Source: Chloroflexota bacterium
Lineage (GTDB): Bacteria > Chloroflexota > UBA11872 > VXOZ01
Assembly: GCA_026710945.1 (NCBI GenBank)
Contig: JAPOQA010000058.1
Location: 10,688 to 74,687, forward strand
Length of the DNA stretch: 64,000 nt
Direction of reading: 5' to 3'
The position numbers and the translations under genes are program-made. The notes under the pieces are model-generated. The model searched no databases. It saw only the letters and a program-made list of their open reading frames with translations, and was not told where the DNA came from. The stretch's first letter is position 1. Every line of letters starts with the position of its first letter. Below, piece after piece: positions 9,641 to 18,453 of the stretch.

Positions 9641-10663
9641 CTATTGCCTGAGCGGCAATACCCACGGTCCCATCAGCTCTTCTATCTTTGACAGGTCAGT
9701 CGTTATCTGCCCCTGGACGACGCGGCGTTTGCGTAGCATGGAGGGGATGAGGGCGATACCTGCAAGCTGTCCCCGCAAGCGTGCGCGCGCCGCTTCACCT
9801 CGAAAGTTGCGCAAGGCTTCGACGGTAATGGCGAACTGCTGTCCAATTATCCGTCTCCAGTATCGCCGCCAGAAATGCCCGGGGACGTCTTTCACTGCGA
9901 CAGCAATGAAGTTTCGTCCGCAATAGTAGCTGGCAAGCGCCCCGCCGCCGGTCGCAGAGACGTGATGGAAGACCTGGGCTTCTGGAACATAGAGACACCG
10001 AAATCCGCGAAGATTAGCGCGCCAGTTTAGGTCAACGTCTTCGCAATAGGAGACAAGGTCTTCGTCGAAGAAGCCAATAGTGTCTAAGAGGCTCCGGCGG
10101 TAGGCGCAAGCCGCCCCTTGTGCGCCAAACACCCAGCCGCGTTCGTTATAGTCCGGTCCGTCCTGCTCCCATACCCCGCGGTTTCCCGGCACGCCGTCGC
10201 AGCCGTAGTAGTCTCCAGCGGAGTGCAGGCGGCTACGATCCTGATATAGGGAGACCTTGCATGCAAATGACGCTGCAGTGGGATGGCCGTGTGCCGCGGC
10301 CACAAGCTCTTCAAGCCAGGTTGGCGCCGCTTCCGTATCATTGTTTAGCAGGACGATCAGGTTTCCTGTAGCAACATCGAACGCCGCTTTCACGCCGCGA
10401 GCAAAGCCAAGGTTTCGTTCGAGGGCCACGACGCGTACCCACGGATACTCCTGCTGCAGCATGTCTCTCGTACCGTCGACAGAACCATTTTCTGCCACAA
10501 CCACCTCAAAATCTCGGTGGGTCTGCTGCAAAAGAGAATCCAGGCAGGCGCGCAGCAGGTCTCTGCCGTTCCAGGTCGGAATGAGGACACTCACGGACAG
10601 GGGAGCAACGAGTGATTCCTCTGCGCGTGTTTCCGGCTTGTCATTCGAGTCTTTGAGCATCAA
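9641..10663 (-). CDS. Glycosyltransferase family 2 (first gene of the minus-strand operon)
   Basis: VSVLIPTWNGRDLLRACLDSL...VVVAENGSVDGT GT2 N-terminus; DxD-like region at FFDEDLVSYCEDVDL. Confidence 0.8.
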   Translation of the reverse strand: MMLKDSNDKPETRAEESLVAPLSVSVLIPTWNGRDLLRACLDSLLQQTHRDFEVVVAENGSVDGTRDMLQQEYPWVRVVALERNLGFARGVKAAFDVATGNLIVLLNNDTEAAPTWLEELVAAAHGHPTAASFACKVSLYQDRSRLHSAGDYYGCDGVPGNRGVWEQDGPDYNERGWVFGAQGAACAYRRSLLDTIGFFDEDLVSYCEDVDLNWRANLRGFRCLYVPEAQVFHHVSATGGGALASYYCGRNFIAVAVKDVPGHFWRRYWRRIIGQQFAITVEALRNFRGEAARARLRGQLAGIALIPSMLRKRRVVQGQITTDLSKIEELMGPWVLPLRQ

Positions 10664-10879
10664 TTCAAGCTCTTCGTGTCGGATGGACTACGTGATAGGG
10701 GAGACTAGGACCCCAAATCAGCCCTTGGGTGACAGGGCGCTTGCGCAGGCTGGGTAAGCGGCTGAAGGCGATAAGACTATAGGACTCCACGTCGTCCACC
10801 AGGTCTGCACTCCTGCTGAATCTCCACCGGCCGAGAATCTGACGCCGACAGCCATGGGCATGGTCATCTAACCGGGGAA

Positions 10880-11060
10880 ATCGTCAGCGGTTCTCTGCGT
10901 TGAATCAGGTCTTAGAGGGATTTTCTTGAGATTCGGGTGATTTCTACTCTTAAAGTAGTGATTTAACAAAGTCTTATGCTATAGTAGATTCGTGAATTGG
11001 CCTGTAACTACCCTCTAGTTCAAGTCAATTATAGCATCGTCGCTGGCAATCGTTGCTCCC
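10880..11060. promoter_or_regulatory. AT-rich divergent promoter region between the glycosyltransferase operon and the TPR/SPOR genes
   Basis: GC drops sharply (tttcttgagattcgggtgatttctactcttaaagtagtgatttaacaaagtcttatgctatagtagatt...). It lies between divergently oriented gene starts at 10663 and 11184. Confidence 0.3.
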
Positions 11061-11183
11061 ACCTGCAGTTTCCGGGGGAGTAGTGTGTCCGTGGCAAAGT
11101 TCTCCTCCATTTGGCATGCACGCCATGCTGATTCTTGTAACCCTGTGTGTCGTTCATACCTGTCCTGAGTGAGGCCAAGAAAC

Positions 11184-11996
11184 ATGTCACAAGTCATTAG
11201 CACAGACCGAAGCCGGTTCAAGCGGTATTGGGAGCAGCAAGCGATTCAATGCGCCGCTCATCAGCGTTGGGCTGAAGCCGAAAAGATTAATCGCTCGATC
11301 GTGAAACTCTGCCCGGATGATGTTGACGCGCACAATCGTCTCGGCAAGTCGCTGTGGGAGATGGGATTGTTGCATGAAGCGAAAGATGTCTACCGGCGAG
11401 CGCTGGAACTGGATCCTGTAAACGCAATTGCCGGGCGAAATCTGGAACGGCTCCGGTCCTCTTTGTGTGCTACCCCTGAGATTGCTAGCGCTGACGACAT
11501 GCCTCATGTCCCTGCGGACATCTTCATTGCAGAATCCGGCAAGACGACAATAGTCAAGTTGCTTCCGCTTCCCAGAAAGCCGAGTAGTGCCCTGCCCTTG
11601 CCAGGAGATCCATTGCGTCTCCAACAACATGGCAGCATCATTCGGGTCGTAAGCCGCAATGGGGTGCCATTGGGGCAATTGGGCGCTGCGCTATCGCAAC
11701 GGCTTGCATTCTTGATTGAATCCGGTAATCGCTTTGCAGCCGCGGTGGTGGGTATTCAAAGTGGTGACATTTTCATCGTGATCAAGGAGACGTATCAACA
11801 CCCGAGCCTGGCCGGGCAGCACTCCTTCCCAAGTCAGAGTCGCGCGCAGAGCGGCAGGCTGGCTTTCGTTCGTCATTCAGCAGTTTCGCTGAAAAGCGAT
11901 GCGGCGGATGAGTTCGGCGATGCCGATGACTGGGCCGATCTCGAAAAGGAAGCGGTCGATCATGACGATTTGATGATGGTGGAAGATGACTTCTAG
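11184..11996 (+). CDS. TPR-repeat protein with uncharacterised C-terminal domain
   Basis: N-terminus WAEAEKINRSIVKLCPDDVDAHNRLGKSLWEMGLLHEAKDVYRRALELDP is a canonical TPR pair. Start set at MSQVIS. Confidence 0.6.
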   Translation: MSQVISTDRSRFKRYWEQQAIQCAAHQRWAEAEKINRSIVKLCPDDVDAHNRLGKSLWEMGLLHEAKDVYRRALELDPVNAIAGRNLERLRSSLCATPEIASADDMPHVPADIFIAESGKTTIVKLLPLPRKPSSALPLPGDPLRLQQHGSIIRVVSRNGVPLGQLGAALSQRLAFLIESGNRFAAAVVGIQSGDIFIVIKETYQHPSLAGQHSFPSQSRAQSGRLAFVRHSAVSLKSDAADEFGDADDWADLEKEAVDHDDLMMVEDDF

Positions 11997-12025
11997 CGTC
12001 AGATAAACCGCATTGTGTTGTCTAT

Positions 12026-13825
12026 TTGGTTCCCGCCATGATCCTACCGCGACAAGCTTCGAGAGCGATTGCACTTTGTTTATTAGTTGCATTATTTGCT
12101 CTCGGATGTAGTACCCTTCCCTCACCGACCCCCTCGATTCAGGCGCCTGAGGAAGTTGCACGCCAGTCGGATGAGCGCATCGAGCAAATCTCGCGCGATG
12201 CTATTCTCATTGTCCGGCGCCTCAACATCAACAATCTGGCGTTCTTGCGTCAATCGCTAACCCCGGGCAAGTATCGTGTAGCGCTTGATTTTCTCATTCC
12301 TGAGATTCATTTACTGGCCCAGCAAGTCGTCGATGTTAGTGCAGATGGCACCGAGGAAGTTTCGGGTGGCTTGCTGGATGCTATTGATCCTCTTGCGCGG
12401 GCGGCAGCGGGATTTCGCCGCTACATCGATACGGAGCAGGATGCTGCTTTGGCTGCGGCCTATTCCCAACTCTCCGAGGCGCATTTTCAACTGGAATTCT
12501 TCCTTGCCAATACCAACTTGAGGGAAGGCCCAACGCTGCAGGACCTCCTCATTCAAGCAGGTCGAATCGAGATTTCAGCGGAGCCAACGGCAGTTTCTCG
12601 CGTAGTGCTGGGACCGTTTGCCAGCCTTGATGAGGCCCAAAAGGTGCAAGAGGCAGCGGCATTGCAAGGTGCTGTCATCAGGCAGGACGAAGTGCCCACG
12701 GTCTGGTTGGGGCCATTCCGCGTTGCGGCGGAGGCGCGGGCGGTGGCGGCACAGTGGCGGGAGCTCCGAGTCGCTGCAGCCGTGCACGAAGACACCGTGT
12801 ATGAATTCCGCGCTGTCGAGGTTGCGCCGGTGCAGGGCCATACGTGGCGTGAGTTAGCCTGGTTTTCAGACTTGGAACTGTCGGCGCACTTCATTGCAGT
12901 GTCCCCTGAAGGAAGTGTCATCCTTGCCGGCGACACAAGTGGTGTGATACAGCGCCGAACAGGGCACGGCGCGCACGAGTGGACGCAGTCTTTCTCACTG
13001 CCCACGTTTGCGCTGGCGGTAACCCGCGAAGGAGAGAACATCTTTGCGGCAGGAATTGGCGCGCAGGCACTCAGCGGGATTGGAGAGGTGAGCTGGCGTG
13101 ATTCCTTAGACGCATATGACGTCATTCTTGAGAGAGCAGAGATCAGCCATGACGGTGCATTCATGGTTGCCGCCACGTCCAATGCAGAAGGCCTTGGACA
13201 GGCGTTCGGCTTCCACCAGTCCGGCCTCGCGTGGGTTACTCCGCCATCGCTTGGGGTGAACAGCTCACACCTCTCATCAGACGGTACGCGAATTGCGCTG
13301 GGAGCGGTCGGCGAAGGTCGGTTTCACGTATTGGTGCTCAATGAGCGCGGCGAGAAACAGATGGGCTCAGATTTCTTTGAGCCGGTCGTTAGCGTCGCAC
13401 TTGCCAATCTCGATCGAAAGCTCATTGTTCTCACCGATAGGCACGTGAGCCAATTCGACATCGCCTCGCAGCAAATTGAGTGGCAGGCGGCGGCCCGTGG
13501 ACGCACTTTGGCGGTATCCCAACCCGGTGACATCATTTACGTCGGCGGTGTGCAAGGCATTACGGCTTTCGACCAGAGTGGCCGTCAGTTGTGGGCGCAA
13601 GACGCCATGCCCGTGTCTCAGATTGTGGCCAACTTCGACTATCTTATCGGTCTGTCGGAGAACATTCGTCTGGTCGTCGTCAAGTACGACGGCAGCATTC
13701 TCGGGACAGTGAGCCCACTGGTACCCATCCGCGATTTCGCCGTGGCCAACGACGGCAATCTCTTGGTCGTGCTTGACGAGGAAAACCGGCTCTCGGCCTG
13801 GCGTCTTCCGCCTGTTGCCTTATAG
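12026..13825 (+). CDS. Lipoprotein with SPOR-like peptidoglycan-binding domain and C-terminal beta-propeller (PQQ/WD-like repeats)
   Basis: Signal peptide with lipobox LALGC. Central RVVLGPFASLDEAQKVQEAA...VWLGPFRVAAEARAVAAQW resembles tandem SPOR repeats. C-terminal half shows repeated Gly/Asp-rich strands typical of beta-propellers. Confidence 0.55.
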   Translation: MVPAMILPRQASRAIALCLLVALFALGCSTLPSPTPSIQAPEEVARQSDERIEQISRDAILIVRRLNINNLAFLRQSLTPGKYRVALDFLIPEIHLLAQQVVDVSADGTEEVSGGLLDAIDPLARAAAGFRRYIDTEQDAALAAAYSQLSEAHFQLEFFLANTNLREGPTLQDLLIQAGRIEISAEPTAVSRVVLGPFASLDEAQKVQEAAALQGAVIRQDEVPTVWLGPFRVAAEARAVAAQWRELRVAAAVHEDTVYEFRAVEVAPVQGHTWRELAWFSDLELSAHFIAVSPEGSVILAGDTSGVIQRRTGHGAHEWTQSFSLPTFALAVTREGENIFAAGIGAQALSGIGEVSWRDSLDAYDVILERAEISHDGAFMVAATSNAEGLGQAFGFHQSGLAWVTPPSLGVNSSHLSSDGTRIALGAVGEGRFHVLVLNERGEKQMGSDFFEPVVSVALANLDRKLIVLTDRHVSQFDIASQQIEWQAAARGRTLAVSQPGDIIYVGGVQGITAFDQSGRQLWAQDAMPVSQIVANFDYLIGLSENIRLVVVKYDGSILGTVSPLVPIRDFAVANDGNLLVVLDEENRLSAWRLPPVAL

Positions 13826-13888
13826 CGGCCGGAGCGTTCACGTACGAGGCAGAATGTTCACGCCATTGTCGTGCTCTCTGCGCAATCC

Positions 13889-14626
13889 TCAGCCCCGCGA
13901 CCGGTAGTGCGCAGTGATGAAGAGGCCCTCTACCTTCTTGATGGCGAGCTGCTCAGCGAACGGTCCCAGTACACGAGCGAGCCCCCTGGCGCCGTAGTAG
14001 ACCTTCAGGGCGGGGTGAAGAGAACCATCTCGCAGAGGTCGCTGTTGTATTTCGGTCTCAACATCGTCGAGTGACGGTAAGCTTGAATCGAATATACAAA
14101 CGCTCCCGCCGGGGCGCACCACGCGCCTCACTTCGCTGAGGAAGGGAGAGACGTCGTCATGCGGCACATGACTGAAAAAGAAGCCGAAGAAGCAGCCATC
14201 AACGGAACTATCTGCAAACGGCAGCTCGTAGGCGCTGGCGCGCACGAGCGTGGCATGGGTGTTGTTCATGCTTAAACGCTTGCGGCACTCTGCCAACATG
14301 TGCGGCCCGTAGTCAAGCGCGGTAACCTCCAGACCGGACTGGGCCAGCAGTGAAGTCCACCAGCCAATTCCGCAAGCGACTTCCAATATGCTTCCTTCAC
14401 CAAATGCGGCCAAATCCTCTTCAAGTTGCCGCAAGCCACTGAGAAAGGGCTCGTTTGTTTCCGGTCGGTCGTAGAGCCCTGTACGGAGAAACCAGTCTAC
14501 GTATTCTCCGGCGCGCTGGTCGTAGTAGACCTGCATTGACTGCTTGAGGGTCTCGTTGTCGACCTCTTCTTCCCAGGCCTCGTAGTCGAAGCCCGTGCTT
14601 TTACCGGTTGGTGGATGTTCAGACAT
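13889..14626 (-). CDS. Class I SAM-dependent methyltransferase
   Basis: Motif I ILEVACGIGWWTSLLAQSG and post-I acidic residue (ALDYGPHM); Methyltransf_11-like. Confidence 0.8.
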   Translation of the reverse strand: MSEHPPTGKSTGFDYEAWEEEVDNETLKQSMQVYYDQRAGEYVDWFLRTGLYDRPETNEPFLSGLRQLEEDLAAFGEGSILEVACGIGWWTSLLAQSGLEVTALDYGPHMLAECRKRLSMNNTHATLVRASAYELPFADSSVDGCFFGFFFSHVPHDDVSPFLSEVRRVVRPGGSVCIFDSSLPSLDDVETEIQQRPLRDGSLHPALKVYYGARGLARVLGPFAEQLAIKKVEGLFITAHYRSRG

Positions 14627-15320
14627 GGGGGAGTGGGTTTTCCGCTAACTCGATCTCTGCTTCGGATAGGTCTTTGGCGGTATCGATTGCGCGCCAGTAT
14701 GCACGTGACTTATAAGCGCCAAGTTTGCCTGCTTGGGCAATTTGTGGAAACGTGCTCCGCTCGTGATCACCCTTGTCCGGCAACAGATCCCTGATGGCGG
14801 GCGACAGCGCATAGATTCCGGCACTCAGCCAATGGGGTAAGAGCGGTTTCTCGTGAAATGCGATTACCTTGTGCGCGTCGTTCGATTCGACGATGCCATA
14901 TGGACTCTGCAGTTGCGTCAGCGAAAGCGTAGCAGTGTTTTCGCCTTCCACATGCACGTCCACGAGCGAAGATATGTCCATACTCGTGAGAGTGTCGCCA
15001 TTTGTCGCAAGAATAAATGGGTCGGAAGTATCTGCCATCCCAAACGCCAGCTTCAGCCCGCCTCCCGTTCCGAGCTTTTCGTACTCGATCGCGTACTCAA
15101 TCTGAACGCCAATTGCTCCGCCATCGCCAAAGCGATCCTGAATTACGTCGTGCCGGTAGCCGCACGAAATGACAAAGCGCGAAACGCCACTGTCTCTAAG
15201 CCACGCAAGCTGATATGCGAGAATTGGGACACCGCAGGCCTCTACCATGGTCTTGGGGCGGTCGGATGTATACGGCCGCAGTCGCTCTCCTAGCCCCCCG
15301 GCGAGAATAATCGCTTGCAT
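14619..15320 (-). CDS. Sugar-1-phosphate nucleotidyltransferase (short NTP-transferase, MurU/HddC/LicC-like)
   Basis: MQAIILAGGLGERLRPYTSDRPKTMV is the G-x-G-x-R-L pyrophosphorylase signature. 233 aa, no C-terminal LbH domain. Overlaps the downstream MTase by 8 nt. Confidence 0.8.
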   Translation of the reverse strand: MQAIILAGGLGERLRPYTSDRPKTMVEACGVPILAYQLAWLRDSGVSRFVISCGYRHDVIQDRFGDGGAIGVQIEYAIEYEKLGTGGGLKLAFGMADTSDPFILATNGDTLTSMDISSLVDVHVEGENTATLSLTQLQSPYGIVESNDAHKVIAFHEKPLLPHWLSAGIYALSPAIRDLLPDKGDHERSTFPQIAQAGKLGAYKSRAYWRAIDTAKDLSEAEIELAENPLPHV

Positions 15321-15778
15321 TTGATCTGTCGACGCTCCCTCTATGTGGATGCTCCGGAAATGTACACTCCAAAGACAGAGTGACTAGGGTCAAACGGCAT
15401 GGGACTTCATTCCTACCAAGTCCGTCTCAGAGACGTGGACTCCCAGTTTGCCGAGGTTGAATCCGGCTACCCTTCGTTCTAAAGGAGACCGGCAAGGTGG
15501 CGCGGCTCGAAACAAACAAAGAAAGTCAGTCAGCTTCGCTTGGGTTAGCTTTCTTGATGTTCCGATTCAATTGTATAGAGGATGCGTACACCAGGCAAAA
15601 CGGGTCACTGAACGGAAAGTGTCGCATCAGGGCAGCAGATGCGGCTCGTTGTCAAACTGGCCCCTTGTACCGGCGGCAGTCTCTTACCACGCTGAAGGCG
15701 CAAATGGGATTTGGAGTTGATGCTGCGGTCAATGACGGCAGATCCTGCGACTACCGGGACTTGCCCTTGCCGGGGTCC

Positions 15779-16237
15779 CTACGGGCTGAAGAGCGACGTA
15801 CGAATTGAAAAGCCGGTGAATAACCCAGGGCGCGTAACGTTTACGGTGATTTCGCGCGTGTCCCGATCAGCATACTCGACATCAACCGTCATAATGTACT
15901 CGTAGGTTGGTTCCGGAATAAACGCGTCGAGCCAAATCGGTTCATTGGCGCGAATGCGCACGCGTGTGACCGTATAGCGTCGTATGGGGTAATAGCGGAC
16001 CCACGAGGGCGGGGAAGCATCGACTTCGAAAATCTCCAAGTCTTGTTTGGGCAGCCCCTCAGCCTGAGCCAGGATATTATCTATGATGTCCTGGGGCCTC
16101 TTGGTCACAATCTCCGTGTTTCTCTCGTCAATGCGTGGATCGTAAACGTGGTTGCGCGGCGCCGTGAGGACAAGCAGAAAAAGGCCAATTAACCCGGAAA
16201 AGCCGAGGACAAAGACCCATGTAAGTTTCTGCTTCAT
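15779..16237 (-). CDS. Hypothetical membrane-anchored protein
   Basis: Start reassigned to MKQKLTWVFVLGFSGLIGLFLLV (a single N-terminal TM/signal anchor) with GGAG upstream. The remainder is soluble and has no known motif. Confidence 0.5.
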   Translation of the reverse strand: MKQKLTWVFVLGFSGLIGLFLLVLTAPRNHVYDPRIDERNTEIVTKRPQDIIDNILAQAEGLPKQDLEIFEVDASPPSWVRYYPIRRYTVTRVRIRANEPIWLDAFIPEPTYEYIMTVDVEYADRDTREITVNVTRPGLFTGFSIRTSLFSP

Positions 16238-16628
16238 GGCAAGGTGCTCCAATTGTCGCACGCCGCGTTTAGGTGGACTTCTTGTTCCAGCAGCGAGCCC
16301 ACCTGCGATGGTATCTCCCGCTAGCGTCAATGGCGAACCACATAGTCTCAGTATATAATGCGAGTTAGGAATAGCAATCGTCCATTTCTTGAGTTCATTC
16401 CCGGCCGCGATGAGCAAGTGCAGCTAATGTGTCGCCAATGGCACACCCACTGCTGCCCACGCGCAGCAGTGGGTGTGCTGAATGAAGGTCGGGCGATTCT
16501 GTTGGATTGGCTGCGACAATGAATAGACGCAGCTACTTAGAGTGCACAATGCTTAACCAGATCACCCTTGCTGAGGACTCTGCGTAGATTGTGCGGGACA
16601 TCGGTAACTAGAGACAGGAGAAAACTGA

Positions 16629-17708
16629 GTGGGGTATACAATTACGCTGATTCCGGGCGATGGCGTCGGTCCAGAGATTACGGAAGCAACTTGCCGCGTC
16701 ATTGAGGCGTTAGATGTCGGCATTTCGTGGGACGTCCAAGAAGCGGGTCTGCACGTCTTTGAGAAGACCGGCGAACTGCTGCCGCAATCTGTCATCGATT
16801 CATTGCGGCGGAATAGGGTGGGTATCAAAGGGCCGATTACGACTCCCGTGGGCACAGGGTTTCGCAGCCTCAACGTCACGTTGCGCAAGGAACTAAAGTG
16901 CTACGCCAACTTGCGGCCATGCAAGAGCTATACCGGCGTGCAAACGCGCTTTGATGCGATTGACATTGTGGTAGTGCGAGAAAACCTTGAGGATCTGTAC
17001 GCAGGAATCGAGTTTGAGGAAGGCACTGGGAGTGCCTTGGAGCTCATCCACTTCATCCGTGCCCATCACGGTAGTCAGATTCCAATGGATGCGGGAATCA
17101 CGATTAAGCCAATCACCGTAGAGGGTTCTCGCCGCATTGTAAAGTTCGCTTTCGAGTACGCCCGGGCGAATGGACGCAAGACTGTTACCGCAATTCATAA
17201 AGCAAACATTCAAAAGCACTCGGACGGCCTTTTCCTCCGTGTGGCACGCGAAGTTGCGGAAGACTATCCCGAAATCGAATTTTGGGACATGATCGTGGAT
17301 GCTACCTGTATGCAGCTGGTGCGCCGGCCGGAACAGTTTGACGTTATGGTCATGCCGAATCTATACGGCGACATTCTGTCCGACCTCTGTGCCGGGCTGG
17401 TTGGGGGTCTGGGTGTTGCTCCCGGCGCAAACATCGGCGACCAAATGGCGCTTTTCGAGCCAATTCACGGCAGTGCGCCCAAGTACACCGGCCAGAACAA
17501 GGTAAATCCCATGGCCCAGATGTTTTCGGCGGTGATGATGCTGCGCCACATTGGCGAGCGCGAGGCCGCGGAACGGATGGAGACAGCGCTCGCGGACGTC
17601 ATCGCGGAAGGCAAGCACGTCACCTACGACATGAAGCCCGACCGCAATGACCCAACCGCAGCCGGCACGTCTGGTGTGGCGGATGCCCTCATTGAGCGTC
17701 TGCGCTAG
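16629..17708 (+). CDS. icd: Isocitrate dehydrogenase (isocitrate/isopropylmalate dehydrogenase family)
   Basis: GTG start with GGAG RBS. Motifs GPITTPVGTGFRSLNVTLRKELKCYANLRP and NLYGDILSDLCAGLVGGLGVAPGANIG match IDH rather than LeuB. Confidence 0.8.
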   Translation: MGYTITLIPGDGVGPEITEATCRVIEALDVGISWDVQEAGLHVFEKTGELLPQSVIDSLRRNRVGIKGPITTPVGTGFRSLNVTLRKELKCYANLRPCKSYTGVQTRFDAIDIVVVRENLEDLYAGIEFEEGTGSALELIHFIRAHHGSQIPMDAGITIKPITVEGSRRIVKFAFEYARANGRKTVTAIHKANIQKHSDGLFLRVAREVAEDYPEIEFWDMIVDATCMQLVRRPEQFDVMVMPNLYGDILSDLCAGLVGGLGVAPGANIGDQMALFEPIHGSAPKYTGQNKVNPMAQMFSAVMMLRHIGEREAAERMETALADVIAEGKHVTYDMKPDRNDPTAAGTSGVADALIERLR

Positions 17709-17938
17709 CAGGGGTGCGTTGCAATACTGCGATGTTGCAGCGTGGCATGTGGCTGATTCTTCGCCAGCGCATGTGAGGGACATCGAAGGCCGGGAAAGCG
17801 AGGCACTGCCTTGGGACGGTGGATGTGCTGGGCTGAGCTGAAGAGAAATCAATTTAGGAAGAACTCCATACTCGTAGCCACGGCCCCATTTGGTTAAGAG
17901 AGTTCCTCGGCAAGGAGTTTTGCAGCGTGGACGAAAAC

Positions 17939-18268
17939 ATGAAACTCGTCGTGGCGATTGTTCAAGACGAGGACGCGGGAAACCTTATAGACAACCTGGT
18001 GCAAGCCGGCTTTGGCGCGACGCGCATTAATACTGCCGGTGGCTTTTTGCGGCATGGCAACGCCACGGTGCTGGTGGGCGTGGAGGAAGAGAAAGTCAGC
18101 GAGGTACTGGTGGTAGTCCGCCGAAATTGCACGACCCGCATGCAGTATGTCAACCCCGTGCCGCCTGCAATGGAGCCGGGCGAGTTCTACATGCCCTATC
18201 CGGTTGAGGTGCAGGTGGGTGGAGCCGTCGTATTCGTGCTAGACGTTGAGCGGTTCGAGCGCTTTTAG
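17939..18268 (+). CDS. darA: Cyclic-di-AMP receptor, PII-like protein DarA/PstA (DUF970)
   Basis: MKLVVAIVQDEDAGNLIDNLVQAGFGATRINTAGGFLRHGNATVLVGVEE...YPVEVQVGGAVVFVLDVERFERF is near-colinear with Bacillus DarA (MKLIVAVVQDQD...[23 protein letters not shown]...VPYPVEVEVGGATVFVL). Confidence 0.8.
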   Translation: MKLVVAIVQDEDAGNLIDNLVQAGFGATRINTAGGFLRHGNATVLVGVEEEKVSEVLVVVRRNCTTRMQYVNPVPPAMEPGEFYMPYPVEVQVGGAVVFVLDVERFERF

Positions 18269-18453
18269 GCGCTTGCGGTCTATCGATTCTCTTCAACACG
18301 AATCCCGTACTGCAATATCAACTGTCTCTGCGGCAATGTCAGTTCTATTGCCAGTGCAGAGCGACGCCGCCGTAGCCGGCAGTCAGATTAGAATTCTTGC
18401 GGTGCGCATAGGTACCCGCCTACGCCGGTTGCCGTGGGATATGGACGAAGAAT

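Noticed and set aside
15321-15778. Plus-strand ORFs 15448..15720 and 15497..15808 in the 458-bp gap
   Set aside because: They have no homology, mutually overlapping frames and Arg/Ser-rich composition. They are probably non-coding leader or promoter DNA for the minus-strand genes.
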